A DNA stretch of 64,000 nucleotides from Eledone cirrhosa (GCA_964016885.1 OZ024742.1:299026001-299090000), one strand, 5' to 3'; counted from the stretch's first letter, positions 41,466 to 56,170 are shown. Notes: generated by a model not told the origin, from the sequence alone. Program-made: numbers and translations.

Positions 41466-41629
<164 letters not shown>

Positions 41630-41682
41630 GTAAGTATGTATGTATACGTACATACATATATGTATACAGACGTACAGTAGCA

Positions 41683-41736
<54 letters not shown>

Positions 41737-42797
41737 TACACATACATATATGTACGTATCAGTTTAGCGGACGTTTATTATAACGCCCGCTTTGTCCGTT
41801 TGTAAACAAACTGACAAAAATCAATAATGGAACCCCTGGGGACATCTTTACAATGGAGAAGAAGAGAGAAGACTGCATGTTAAAACGAGGCAATAAATTC
41901 GTACTTGTTAATTGTAACATGCCGTCTTTGAGAGTAGAATTTATTTTGTCAATATTTCGAGGTGTCGGATCGTGGGAAGTTTGTTCTTGTGATATAAACG
42001 TGTGCGTTCCCTATTGAATTTACATTAAATGAATTGTCCTTTTAAACGTAAGTAACTCCATTCGTTTTCACTTAAACAACAGTCTTTTTGCTTGCAACCT
42101 TTACACTACTCGGCAAGCCCATATTGGATTTTCAATAAAACCCATGTTTAATGCCTTTATGTTAGAGTACTATATCTAAGCAATTCAATTTCTTAAACTC
42201 CAAGTGTTGAACTTACTAACTTACACAAAGCAACCTACATATAGTGTGTGCTTCTACTTACAATATCAGGATGCAGAACGCCAACAGTCATTAGCGATTA
42301 ATGGTTTCACTGCTTATTTACTTAGCGACACAGATCATCAGATGACCCCCCCCCCACACACACACACACGCACACACGCCTTCAAAGGCAGTCAGCCAAA
42401 CTGACAACTGGCCCTTTTGATCACCTTCGAGTCAAAAACTTTTTCCTCTGCTTTTTCTTTCATCTGCTTTATCTCCTTATAACCTCTTGGATTGTGTTTA
42501 CCATTATTCCTATATTATATAACCATTATGCAATATACACCTGATAATGTCATCATGATCTTATGTAACCTGGCCACTGAAATGTACATAGTGTTTGCTG
42601 AAATAAATCTTTGGAGGAATTTCACCAGTCCGGCCACCTTCCATTTTACTCAATAATAATTAACTCCGTTCTAGTACAACCAACAAGATTCAACATGAAA
42701 CATGGATGAGATGTATAGCGTCGAGAGCTTTTCATAATATTACATCTTGGTTGGCTATACTGAATGACCAGTTCTATTCAGTGGATAACCACCAAAC

Positions 42798-42832
<35 letters not shown>

Positions 42833-43016
42833 ATACTTGGGGAGGGTCATATTGTTGTAATAATATTGCCAGAAATAATAACAGTACACACTCACTGTTT
42901 GGTTGGTTTTCGCTTCTGTATCTTTTATATCTCCATAGTTAATTCATTTGGTCATAAATGTTATCATTGTTTGACCACCAGTCAAAAATGCAGATATAAA
43001 TACATATATATAGTCT

Positions 43017-44388
43017 AATAATAATATTATTTATAGTTATGTATACACTATATACAACTATAAACAGGAAATGTCAGTAATTTATTACTACCTTATTATC
43101 AGTATGAAAAAATAGCTCAATGAGATTTTTACAGAGCCGGAATATAAATTGCACAATAATCAAAGCTATGTTCAAATCATTTTATTGCTGACAATCGTTT
43201 CTTCCAAACTATCGTTTGGAATCATCGGAGCAGTAGCAATGTTTGTACATTAGAATAAACACAAAGCTAACACCATTTAATATAACCACTATAGCTTGCT
43301 TATATTATATTCAGTAATGGATAGATAATAATATGATGAGACACTTAATGTAGTATAGAAAAATAAATTGTATTTATAATTAAATATATAAATTAATAGC
43401 ATTATATATATGGGATTCACTTATAACATAATATAATGTATATTAATAGCACAAGAGATTTAACTAATTAGACCTGTAAACAACTATACATTTTTTTCCT
43501 GTAACTTTCCTATACTTTAGATAACACTATAATGACACCTTTAATGTATTATAGGAAAATAGATTCTATTCAAAATTAAATATAAACTAATAGCATTATA
43601 TAAAAGGGATTCACTTGTAATATAATGTATATCAACACAATGATTTTAGCAGATTGGAGCTGTAAACAACTTTACATTTTTCTAATTCCTATCATATACA
43701 ATGTAATCGCTAGTTACCTCCCTTTTCGTATTAGCTCCCCTTAATATAGATCAAACTCACTTTCGGAAATTAAACCGTTAGTAAAATCACTCCACAGAAA
43801 CTCTGAAAGCAATATAATAGGACCGGTGTACAATCCATGGCTGTGACTGATTAAAAACATTCATTACATTGGCTATGTTTTAACAGCTTTGCCTCATATG
43901 CTTATTTCATGTGATACCTTTGCCTTGCAAAAAATTATATATGCCTAATACCATTGCTTGTTTTCTTCTTATATAAGACTAATGCATTTGCACTCTCTTA
44001 ACGCTTGCATATGTACTGATAGTGTCCTCGTTTTACGAGTAACTGTCTACCGTAATGCATCTTTAATTGTTATACTATTCCCTTATAATCTCTGTCGCTT
44101 GCATTCCACTCTGTATCTTATAATTTTTATTTTTAATTTGTAATTTTAATTATTGTACAATTCTCTTGTAATCTATGTCGCATCAATTTCACCTTGTAAA
44201 TAAGAAACTGTTGACAACATTAATATCCATGTATCTATATGATTGTTCAGTTGAATAGGAGGTTAATTATATGTACAAACATAGCTGCTGCTCCGATGAT
44301 TCCAAACAATAGTTTGGAAGAAACGATTGTCAGCAATAACATGATTTGAACATAGCTTTGATTATTGTGTAATGTATATATATAGTCT
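43017..44388 (-). mobile_element. nested hammerhead-bearing PLE/retrozyme-like insertion with 13 bp TSD
   Basis: Inverted arms 43147-43249 / 44271-44375; TSD ATATATATAGTCT at 43004-43016 and 44376-44388; internal ~190 bp diverged tandem duplication at 43325-43680. Confidence 0.8.
44286..44336 (+). ncRNA. type I hammerhead, CCGAUGA (U4C) core; mirror copy 43186-43232 on minus strand
   Basis: tgct-CCGATGA-TTCCAAAC-aata-GTTTGGAA-GAAAC-gatt-GTC-agca. Confidence 0.7.
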
Positions 44389-46771
44389 CATAAAGTTCTT
44401 TCGTTGCACATCTGCAACATCATGAGTGGTACTATAATGTTTCTTCCTGTTGTATTGTATGACTACGCCATTTTTATTGTATCTATTTATTTATTATTAT
44501 TTTTTTGTCTTCGTCTCTGCGCATGCGTTTGCGTGTGTGTATAGTGTTTGGTGTGTGTGTTCGCGTTTGGGTGACTGTGTTTTGGTTATTGTATTCTATC
44601 TTAGTTTATTAGTGTGTGTTTATATGTGTTTGTTGTTATTGTGGCTGTGTATATATTTATTTATTTATTTATTTATATTTCTCTTAAGTCAGTATTGTTT
44701 GATTGGGTGTTGTTGTTATTCCATTCATTTTTCTGTTTAGCTTTGGCTTTCTAAGCTCTATTTCGCTTTCTTCTCTGATTTGCCTACCTGTTGGGTCATT
44801 TCTATGTTTAGATATTATTTTAATTTCTATGTTGTCTATGTTACCGTCATGCTGTTGTCTGGCGTGTTCGTATAGTACACCCCCGTTTTTTGTCCTTTTA
44901 AAATGTGTTGGTCTATTCTTTCTCCTATGCTTCGAGCTCTCTCACCTATGTATGTTGTTGTCATGTTTCTGCAAGTACCCTCTGTACATCTTATGCTATA
45001 GACTACATTTCTAGTTTTACAGTTTATCTGGGGGTTTACTTTACATATAACACATTTTTTATTAGTACAATGGGTTTTCTTAAAAGGGTATGTTTTGCTG
45101 ATTAGGGATTTTATGGTAGTTCCTGGCTTTTCTACCACTTTAATCTTTAATGCGTCTTTCCGAGGACCTTTCTACGTTGGTTAGCTAATTTCCCTCCAGG
45201 GGTAGCATCCACGAACATGACACTCTGGTATCTCTAGTTGTCGTACCATGAGGTGGCTTTCCCTACATACATATAACCTGTACATTGAACATCTACAGAC
45301 AGACTGGGGGGGTACATGTTGCGTAGGCCACTTCACATTCCCCGATCACAGTAGGTTCAATTATGTTGTGGAGATCTCTGTTGATGGGGACACGTCATAT
45401 GGTCACCGACGAAAGTAAAACCGGCGGAGCCAATGAGAATGGAAAACCCGGTAAGGTTGCCTGTTTCTATCTGGTGTTACCAAGCCGGACGTTACATATC
45501 TCTTCAGCAGTCCATCGGATGCAGACGTCATGATCTGTAAGGAGAGATGCTTTGTTGTAGCAGTGGGCACTGTCGAATGGGTATAGAAGCCTCAGCATGG
45601 TGAACAGAAAGAGAACCGGGTAGATATCGATCACCAAATTGCAATATCTAGTAAACTGTTATTCTAATTAGGTGTTGCTCTAGTACAGTTTTTATTCTCT
45701 TCTTTTTTTTTTTACTTATATATCAATTGAACGACGAATAATATGATTTTAGCTAGAGGAGAACTGAATCTGAAATTCTATCATTTCCGGTTGAAGTCTT
45801 GTCACTTGTGTTAAACGTTATACAAGAATTGTATGAACGTCCTCAAAACAAATATGTTCTTCTCGCTTCCTACTCACAGACAAAAGTAATATATATTTTC
45901 CCCGTCCAATGTTGTTACCATAGAATTACTTTAGCGACATTTGATTCTCAGAACGTAGTTTTAACTATCTTTGATGAAGTATATCATCAGTGAACATATA
46001 TCATTTGTCAAATCTCATTTTCAGGCGATGTGAAGGTATTCGCTTTCAGTGGTCAAGATAATCAATCGTTGAATAATATCACTCCAAAGTAGACCACTAT
46101 TTACTCATTGTCACGTCCACAAACAGCGATCAATTTACTCCATGCTGATGTTAAATAACAGCAGAAAAATCTCTTAACAGGTCGCCAGGCATGAATTGTA
46201 TCACATATAAGCATTATGTTTCTCCTCAAACAAAACACTTTCCAGCTTAATTTCTTATCAAACTGGTTAGGTATGAACAAGTTTTTCGAGTCCTTGTTGT
46301 TAATGTTGCGGTTGTTAATGGTAATTTTGCCAACATTGTTATTGGAGAATGATATGAAACGAACGAAGTTTGTGATTCCCATCTCACTTCATTAGCGTTA
46401 CCAACGCAACCAGAAAGAACAAAAAGCATTTATCAGCAAATTTCTACCGTATCTTTCCTTATAATAATATTTGAATTGGGGCTCACATGAGAAAATATAA
46501 TTAATTTCAATATTTCCAAGAGATTTTACAAAGGTCGAGATAATATATTTAACCATACACACCAATATGTACATAACATCAAGAGAAAAATAATATTCCT
46601 AATTTCGAAAGTAACGATTGTATTGGATCATACGCCCGCCTGTCACACGAACGTTACGTTCTAAAATTTTCATTTACAATTCATTAAAAATCTCAGCCAA
46701 AGGCTGAGAGGTAATATTCTAAGATGCGTTCTCCGTCAATGATATGGTATTGCGTGTCTGTTTGTCTCCGA

Positions 46772-46854
<83 letters not shown>

Positions 46855-46904
46855 TACTTCCTATATGATCTCGTCTCCGATTCTATATATACATATATAT
46901 AACA

Positions 46905-46966
46905 AAGTTCGGATCTAGCTGTCAAAACGGCCGGAGCTCAGCCGATGGGGTCCTGACTATTTTCCA

Positions 46967-46967
<1 letters not shown>
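46905..46967 (+). mobile_element. family H fragment
   Basis: ggatctagctgtcaaaacggccggagctcagccgatggggtcctgactattttcc matches the 15703 and 58335 copies. Confidence 0.6.
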
Positions 46968-46997
<30 letters not shown>

Positions 46998-47039
46998 CAT
47001 ATATATATATGTGTGTGTGTGTGTGTCTGTATATATATG

Positions 47040-48212
<1,173 letters not shown>

Positions 48213-48229
48213 ATATATATATATATATA

Positions 48230-48350
48230 TAGGAACGAGTAGGACCCCTTTGGGGTCCTACTGGTTCCTATTACCCACTCTACTACCCTAAGTATTGAGT
48301 ACTTTGGTGCGTTATGGTCCACCTGGTTCCTTACCACATTTCCTTCGTTA
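48230..48350 (+). mobile_element. family H hairpin mini-insertion
   Basis: taggaacgagtaggacccc-ttt-ggggtcctactggttccta plus the shared tail, in (TA)n. Confidence 0.75.
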
Positions 48351-48366
48351 TATATATATATATGTA

Positions 48367-48445
<79 letters not shown>

Positions 48446-48565
48446 TTGACAGGCTTTCGCAATGAATTTTTTTTATGTTTGTCACCACCGTCACACATCC
48501 TTAGTTTCAGCAAAGATGTATATATATATTGTTATACTTGGGGAGGGTCATATTTGTGTAATATT

Positions 48566-48763
48566 GTTTCTACTTTAGGCACAAGGCCAGCAATTACCCA
48601 GTGCATTACTGGTACTTTATTTTATCGACCCCGTAAGGATGAAAGGCAAAGTCAACCTCGGCGGGATTTGAACTCAGATCGTAAAGGGACGTAACTATGC
48701 TGGAAAGCATGGAAAGCATGGAGTCCGACTCTCTACCGATACTGCCAATCCACCGCCCTTAAG
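48566..48763 (-). mobile_element. tRNA-derived SINE inserted in PLE pLTR, with TSD
   Basis: TSD atatttgtgtaatatt at 48550-48565 / 48764-48779; absent from the mirror pLTR at ~53660. Confidence 0.9.
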
Positions 48764-49224
48764 ATATTTGTGTAATATTCCCAGAATTAATAACAGAACA
48801 CACTCACTGTTTGGTTGGTTTTCGCTTCTCGCTGTGTTTTATATCGGTAATCTGACTTACTCGGTCCTCAATGTTGCCATTGATTGACCGACGGTCAATA
48901 ATAATACAGATACAATATAGACACAAACACATATATATAGTTTATCATAAATCTTTCGTTGCACATCTGCAACATCGTCAGTGGTGTTATATTTTCCTCC
49001 TGTTGTGCTGTATGTCTACGCCATTTTTATTCAGTCTGTCTATATATTTATTTATTTATTTGCTTGTTTTTTTCTTTTATTTTGTCTTCTTTGCGCATGC
49101 GTTTGCGTGTGTGTATAGTGTTATGTTTGCTGTGTGATTGGTGACTAGTGTGTATTTATGTGCTTGTTGTTATTGTGCTTGTGTATGTATTTATTTATTT
49201 ATTTATCTTATTTTATTTACTTAT

Positions 49225-52200
49225 TTATACTTCTCTTAGGTGAGTGTTGTTTGTTTGGGTGTTGTTGTTATTCCATTCATTCTTTCTGTTTAGCTTTGGT
49301 CTTCTAATTTCTATTTCCCTGGCCTCTCTGATTTGCCTATCTGCTAGGTCATTTCTATGTTTAGATATTATTCTAATTTCTATGTTGTCTATGTTACCGT
49401 CATGTTGTTGTCTAGCATGTTCGTATAGTACTGACCCGTTTTTTCGTCCTTTTAGTTCCCCCCAGTGTTGGTCTATCCTTTCACCTATGCTACGAGCTGT
49501 CTCACCTATGTATGTTGTTGTCATGTTTCTGCAAGTACCCTCTGTACATCTTATGCTATAGACTACGTTTCTAGTTTTACAGTTTATCCGGGGGTTCACC
49601 TTACATATGATACATTTCCTATTGGTACAGTGGGTTTTCTTAAAAGGGTAGGTTTTGCAGATCAGGGATTTTATGGTGGTTCCTGGCTTTTCTACCACCT
49701 TTATTTTTAAGTGGGTCTTTCTCAGAGCCTTTCTACACTGGTTAGCTAATTTCCCTCCAGGGGTGGCGTCCACAAACATGACACTCTGGTATCTCTGGTT
49801 GCCGTACCATGAGGTGGCTTTCCCTATCTTATGTCTAGACCTATCTAAGCTATTCCATGATTTGCTCCTTTCATGTCCAGTTCTATGAGGGTCTTATACT
49901 TTTCCATGGCTCCTTCGTATACTCTGACTCTGTCTCTTTGGTTGTAGCCAGAGAACTGCATGCGGTTGCTGAAGTGTTGGATGTGTCTTTCCATTTCTGT
50001 TGGGTCGCACATGCGGGACACATTCTTCATCACTCGTACCAAATCTGCGATCAGAATATTAAACTTAGCACTACTGGACATTGCTGAGTTTTTGAGTATC
50101 AGGTATTTGGAGGCCACGGGTTTAGCATAGTGTGAGTGGAGAATTTGGGCTCTCTCGTCTATAGTGTTAATCCAGAGTTCTGTGTCTAATACAGGTAGTC
50201 TATTGTTAGGGTGTTTGGAAGGGAAGTCGATCGTTACAGTTATACTCTGGTGTATGGAATTAGCTATCTGCTGGATGCTTTCCATCGTGCTACGTTCTAA
50301 ATCAAACTTGTTAGTGCTCTCTAGTGGGGGTGTTCTTATAACTATATTGATATCGTCTACATAACGGGAGTACATGATGAGGTCTATGGGGCTTTCATTA
50401 AGGAGATCTTTAACTCTCCTTTCCCACCATACCATGAAAAGGTTGGCAACATCACCAGCTATGCTGACGCCGATGGCTGTTCCCTCATTTTGGGTGTAGA
50501 TTTTCTCGTTGAACTTAAATATGTGGCCCTTTAGGGTAGTTTTGATACTACCCCCTATTGCATGTGCAACCATTTTTCTTACCTGATCATTGTTTTGGGG
50601 GGTCCGTATAGCTTTGGTCCACCCAATCCACCTTCCCATGGGAGTCTTTTTTGCCATTGAGGTTATGGTGGGGGTCTACCTTTTATAGGTCTTCTAGGGC
50701 AGAAACATCTAAGGTCATGGCTGTCTAGGTAGTCAGTGTCGTAGGTAAGTCTAGGTAGGAGGCCCAGTTCGTCTGTGTCGACGTCGCAGAACTCCACCTC
50801 ACTCTCAATGATCACCTCCACTCATCTTTTCACAGCAAAATCAATGTTAATGGATGGGTACAGTGACACCACATCCATGCTGCCTATTATGTAGTTGGAT
50901 AGGCTCCTGTTTTTGTTGCACTCACTGATTCTGCTGAGGAGGTCCTCTGTACTGTCACATACATCTGGGGACATCTTGATTACGGGGCGTATAACCATTG
51001 AGGGGAAGTAGGAGATCCTGTAGTTGCTAGCTATATTAGCTCCGCATACGGGTCTTGTTGGTGGTCCTGTTGTCGGGTCGTCGACTGTCTTGTGGTCTTT
51101 GCGGAGCTCATACAAGGGTGGTATGCCATTGTTAGACGCCTGGAAGTTGTTGGCAGTGCGTCTGCTTGGCTTTAGGATGTCAGTCCACACCATCATGTGA
51201 GCGTTGAGGATTTTTTCTCTCCCGTCGTGTGTTTGTTGTGCAATTTCGCTCGTGTTGGTGATGTGGGGTTGCATAGCCTCGATGTAGTTCGGCATGCTAT
51301 CTATTTACATCCTACCAGACTTATCCGTGGGTAGACACACTACCTCACCATCCCGTGTGCGCTGCTTGAGGTTAACCAAGCCCTCTACAGGTTTCCTCCC
51401 AAGTTGTTGGGCCTCTGGTCTGCTCTGTCTCTTAGTATACCTGTCTACTATTTGTCTAATCTTATTTCTAGCTATGGTGAACTGTGCCTCTGTCTCGTCA
51501 TCTATTTGTTGTGGTATGCAAACTCTTTTATTAAAGGGTAACCTCGTAGGATAGATATTACCCATCTTATATGTTTTGTCAGCTGGGTTGAAAAATAGTT
51601 TCTCTAAGGGGTTGTCATTATATCTATCGTCATAGTTGTGTGTGTTGCTATTATTGTTATCAGGGTGGTTGTTGTTGTTTCTATCATTAGCATTATTATT
51701 ATTGTTATGATTGCTAGATGTATTGTTGTTTACTTCACCGTTATTGTTGTTGTTGTTACTGTTATTTCTACCATTGTGGTTGTTACTTTTATTATGTTTC
51801 TTGTTTTTGTTGTGTCTATCATTGATGTTGCTACATGTACTATTTCCATTATTACCACTGTGGTTATTGTTGTTGTTGTTCGTATTGTTACCGTTATTAC
51901 TACTGTGGTCGCTGTTGCTGTGTCTGTGGTTAATGTTTCTATTATTATTATTATTGTGGTTGTTGTTGTTCTGTCTATCGCTAGTATTATTACCATTATC
52001 ACTATTTCTCACTTTTCTGCTATTGTTATAGTTATGGCTGTTATTTCTATACTCAGAGTTATTGTTTATATTACTACTACCGTTATTATTGTTGTTGTTG
52101 TTTACCTTTGCATTCCAACGTATTTTTGTGAAACACTTTTCCAGCTCCGTTTTGCACTCCATAGGGTTAATCTTTTTGTAGATGGCAAATTTTGGTGGTA

Positions 52201-52234
52201 GCCGCAGGATTTGTTGTTCTTGTTCACTGATTAC
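49225..52234 (-). pseudogene. PLE polyprotein (N-terminal domain, poly-Asn linker, RT, GIY-YIG), frameshifted
   Basis: LPPKFA, PTDKSG, LRKDHK, PTRPVC, SMDVVSLYPSI, GTAIG, RYVDD, LPVLD, NVVYSIRC...YIGETAR...RQIREA. Confidence 0.9.
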
Positions 52235-53204
52235 CTGGATTAACACTATAGACGAGAGAGCCCAAATTCTCCACTCACACTATGCTAAACCCAAGGCCTC
52301 CAAATATCTGATACTCAAAAACTCAGCAAAGTCCAGAAGTGCTAAGTTTAATATTCTGATCGCAGATTTGGTACGAGTGATGAAGAATGTGTCCCGCTTG
52401 TGCGACCCAACAGAAATGGAAAGACACATCCAACACTTCATCAACCGTATGCAGTTCTCTGGCTACAACCAAAGAGACAGAGTCAGAGTATACGAAGGAG
52501 CCATGGAAAAGTATAAGACCCTCATAGAACTGGACATGAAAGGAATTTTCCCATTATACAGGAGCAAATCATGGAATAGCTTAGATAGGGCTAGACATAA
52601 GATAGGGAAAGCCACCTCATGGTACGGCAACCAGAGATACCAGAGTGTCATGTTTGTGGACGCCACCCCTGGAGGGAAATTAGCTAACCAGTGTAGAAAG
52701 GCTCTGAGAAAGACCCACTTAAAAATAAAGGTGGTAGAAAAGCCAGGAAGCACCATAAAATCCCTGATCAGCAAAACCTACCCTTTTAAGAAAACCCACT
52801 GTACCAATAGGAAATGTATCATATGTAAGGTGAACCCCCGGATAAACTGTAAAACTAGAAACGTAGTCTATAGCATAAGATGTACAGAGGGTACTTGCAG
52901 AAACATGACAACAACATACATAGGTGAGACAGCTCGTAGCATAGGTGAAAGGATAGACCAACACTGGGGGGAACTAAAAGGACGAAAAAATGGGTCAGTA
53001 CTATACGAACATGCTAGACAACAACATGACGGTAACATAGACAACATAGAAAGTAGAATAATATCTAAACATAGAAATGACCCAGCAGATAGGCAAATCA
53101 GAGAGGCCAGTGAAATAGAAATTAGAAGACCAAAGCTAAACAGAAAGAATGAATGGAATAACAACAACACCCAAACAAACAACACTCACCTAAGAGAAGT
53201 ATAA
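52235..53204 (+). CDS. PLE thumb + GIY-YIG endonuclease fragment (open frame, 5'-truncated)
   Basis: Near-identical to the C-terminal part of the minus-strand copy; the ORF start at 52182 comes from antisense sequence across the junction. Confidence 0.75.
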
Positions 53205-53771
53205 ATAAGTAAATAAAATAAGATAAATAAATAAATAAATACATACACCAGCACAATAACAACAAGCACATAAATACACACTAGTCACCAATCACACAGC
53301 AAACATAACACTATACACACACGCAAACGCATGCGCAAAGAAGACGAAATAAAATAAACAAACAAGCAAATAAATAAATAAATATATAGACAGACTGAAT
53401 AAAATGGCGTAGACATACAGCACAACAGGAGGAAAATATAACACCACTGGCGATGTTGCAGATGTGCAACGAAAGATTTATGATAAACTATATATATGTG
53501 TTTGATAAACTATATATTGTATCTGTATTATTTTTGACCGTCGGTCAATCAATGGTAACATTGAGGACCGAGTAAGTCAGATTACCGATATAAAAGACAG
53601 CGAGAAGCGAAAACCAACCAAACAGTGAGTGTGTTCTGTTATTAATTCTGGCAATATTACACAAATATGACCCTCCCCAAGTATAACAATATTTGTTTCG
53701 ACACACGATTTCACATAAAAACCCTCGCAAAACTAATTCATCGCCGCTGTATATATATATATATATCTATA

Positions 53772-53821
<50 letters not shown>

Positions 53822-54024
53822 TATATATATACAATCCACAAACAGCTTAGTTAAAATTTGTCGAGGAAACCGATACAATGCGCTATGTGTTAGTAGAATA
53901 TCAACGTATTCGATAAACTGTTGACCATGACGGTGATGCTTCAATGATATAGATGTGTTTGGATAGATATTATTTTAAAATATAACATTAACTTATTCAT
54001 TAACAGGAAACATTATTAACAGTA

Positions 54025-54210
54025 TTGGTGGATTGGCAGTATCGGTTGAAGGTCGGACGCCATGTTTTGACGCATAGAATTCCGGCCCTTGCCATTCTGA
54101 GTTCAAATCCCGCCAAGGTTAACTTTGCCTTTGATCCTTACGGGGTCGATAAAATAAAGTACCAGTAATACACTGGGTAATTGCTGGCCTTGTGCCAAAA
54201 GTAGAAACAA
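54025..54210 (+). mobile_element. tRNA-derived SINE with TSD
   Basis: A-box-like tggcagtatcgg and B-box gagttcaaatcc; TSD attattaacagta on both sides. Confidence 0.9.
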
Positions 54211-54480
54211 TTATTAACAGTACTCAACATTGTTTTAATTTAGTGTACATTTATTTATTGATATAAAAAGGTGGATATATAGACATGGTCTCTCCCAAAA
54301 ATGTATACACACTTCAGTTAGAATGTTGTTGAGAACACATGGTATATATATATATAGGTGCATGAACGTATTTTTTTATTCTTAAATTTCCTTGGTATGG
54401 GTAGGAGGAGAAATGTTGATTTACAGTGGTAATGTGTTGGACCACCCCCAATGTCATCGACTATTATTATTATGGGTCCT

Positions 54481-55203
54481 GCCGAGGTTAACTTTGCCTT
54501 TCATCCTTACGGGGCCGATAAAATAAAGTACCAGTAATACACTGGGATAATTGCTGGCCTTGTGAAAAAGTAGAAACAATTATTATGGGCGGTGGAAGGG
54601 TGGTGGATCGGTAGTATCGGTAGAGGGTCTGACGCCTTCCTTTTCAGCAAAGAATTACGGCCCTTTATAGTCTGAGTTCAAATACCGCCGAGGTTAACTT
54701 TGTCTTTCATCTTTACGGGGTCGATAAAATAAAGTACCAGTCACGCACTAGGGTCGATTTAATTTGACTTTCCCCTCCCCCAAAATTGCTGGCCTTGTGC
54801 CTACATAAGAAACCATTGTTATTGGCAGTATCGGTAGAGTCGGACATCATGCTTTGCAGCATAGAGTTACGGCCCTTGCCATTCTGAGTTCGAATCCCGC
54901 CGAGGTTAACTTTGCCTTTCATCTTTACGGGGTCGATAAAATAAAGTACCAGTAATGTTCTGGGATAATTGCTGGCCTTGTGCCAAAAGTAGAAACAATC
55001 ATTATTATGGGCGGTAGATTGGCAGTATAGGTAGAGGGTCGGACGCCATGCTTTGACGCATAGAGTTACGGCCCATGCCATTCTGAGTTTAAATCCCGCC
55101 GAGGTTAACTTTCCTTTCATCCTTACGCGGTCGATAAATAAAGTACCAGTAATGTTCTGGGATAATTGCTGGCCTTGTGCCAAAAGTAGAAACAATTATT
55201 ATT
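54481..55203 (+). mobile_element. head-to-tail array of ~4 SINE copies
   Basis: Four repeats of ccgaggttaactttgcctttcatc...aagtaccag...gctggccttgtg...agaaac. Confidence 0.9.
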
Positions 55204-55309
55204 GTGGTAATTTGCAGTACGACGCACACATTTTAAATTATTTCAAAGCTTCTTAGGTTAATTGTTGTTTACACCTGTAGCTTGTGACTAGAGACAATTA
55301 GTTACAAGT

Positions 55310-55366
55310 GGCTCTTTAATGTAGTGGTACTAGAGAGATGCAGGGTTCGATTCCTCGCAGGCGCCT
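55310..55366 (+). pseudogene. tRNA-like relic or SINE head lacking an anticodon arm
   Basis: tagtggta A-box and gggttcgattcc B-box too closely spaced for a full cloverleaf. Confidence 0.35.
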
Positions 55367-56170
55367 CTATCCACTTTCTTCTGTCTCCAAAAGTGCATTA
55401 CTTTATTTTTTTCCAACTATTATTTATCATAAACGTCTATTATGATCATTTGCATTGGGACTCAGACATATCGAATTTTCCCCCTGCTTTTTAAGTCAAT
55501 AGTTATTACATATATATGTATGTATACGTACATATATATGTATGTATACATATATATGTATGTATACGTACATTTATATGTATGTATACGTACATATATA
55601 TGTATGTATACGTACATATATTCACATACATATGTGGGAAATGTAAACGGAAAATAACTTATAACAATGATGAGGTACAATGAAAGATATATTAATTTTA
55701 AGCTCGATATAGCAGAAAACTTTTATTAACGTTTCGGGTATTAGTCCTCCATCTGAAGATAGAATGAGAAATAAAAAACGAAATAGGATACGAAAATGCG
55801 AACGGAAAAAAGGTTATGGAGAAAAAGCATGTGTTCACTGTATATATCTCTCTCTCTTTCATATATATATATATATATATATGAAAGAGAGAGAGAGATA
55901 GTGGAGAGAGAGAGATTGTGTATGTGTGTGTATGCGCAATTGCAGAGAAAGATTTTAGACTATTGTATTTACCACCCGCCAGATAGAATCTGACATTCTG
56001 TGGCTGCATCAATGCTGCTTGGCACTGCGGGAGGGAACGATAGTGTTTGAAGTTGCAGAAATAATTGAGATCTCTAATTGACAGATGATGAATGGGATGT
56101 ACTGTGGTGCAAGCTGTATTTAGAATATTCTGTACCCTCAAAATTTGCAGTCTGCTATGGAAATCACCTA

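Larger units (their letters stand above)
42827..45265 (-). mobile_element. older 3' fragment of the PLE family at 48528-53749, interrupted by a nested insertion
   Basis: pLTR ttgttatacttggggagggtcata... at 42827 resumes at 44389; degenerate GIY-YIG NCKTRNVVYSIRC...YIGE at 44836-45138; degenerate hammerhead at 44389-44431. Confidence 0.85.
48528..53749. mobile_element. Penelope-like element: 3.7 kb minus-strand arm joined head-to-head to a 1.5 kb plus-strand arm
   Basis: 48528-~50176 is mirrored by 52235-53690; tail 53691-53749 then (TA)n; hammerhead-like CTGACGA-t-GTTGCA-gatg-TGCAAC-GAAA at 48944-48986 (-) and 53441-53486 (+). Confidence 0.95.

Noticed and set aside
46101-46382. 93-aa non-repetitive minus-strand ORF with a possible GA|GTAAAT donor
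   Set aside because: No recognisable domain, no good acceptor, and its phase (2) differs from the 62964 exon; insufficient support
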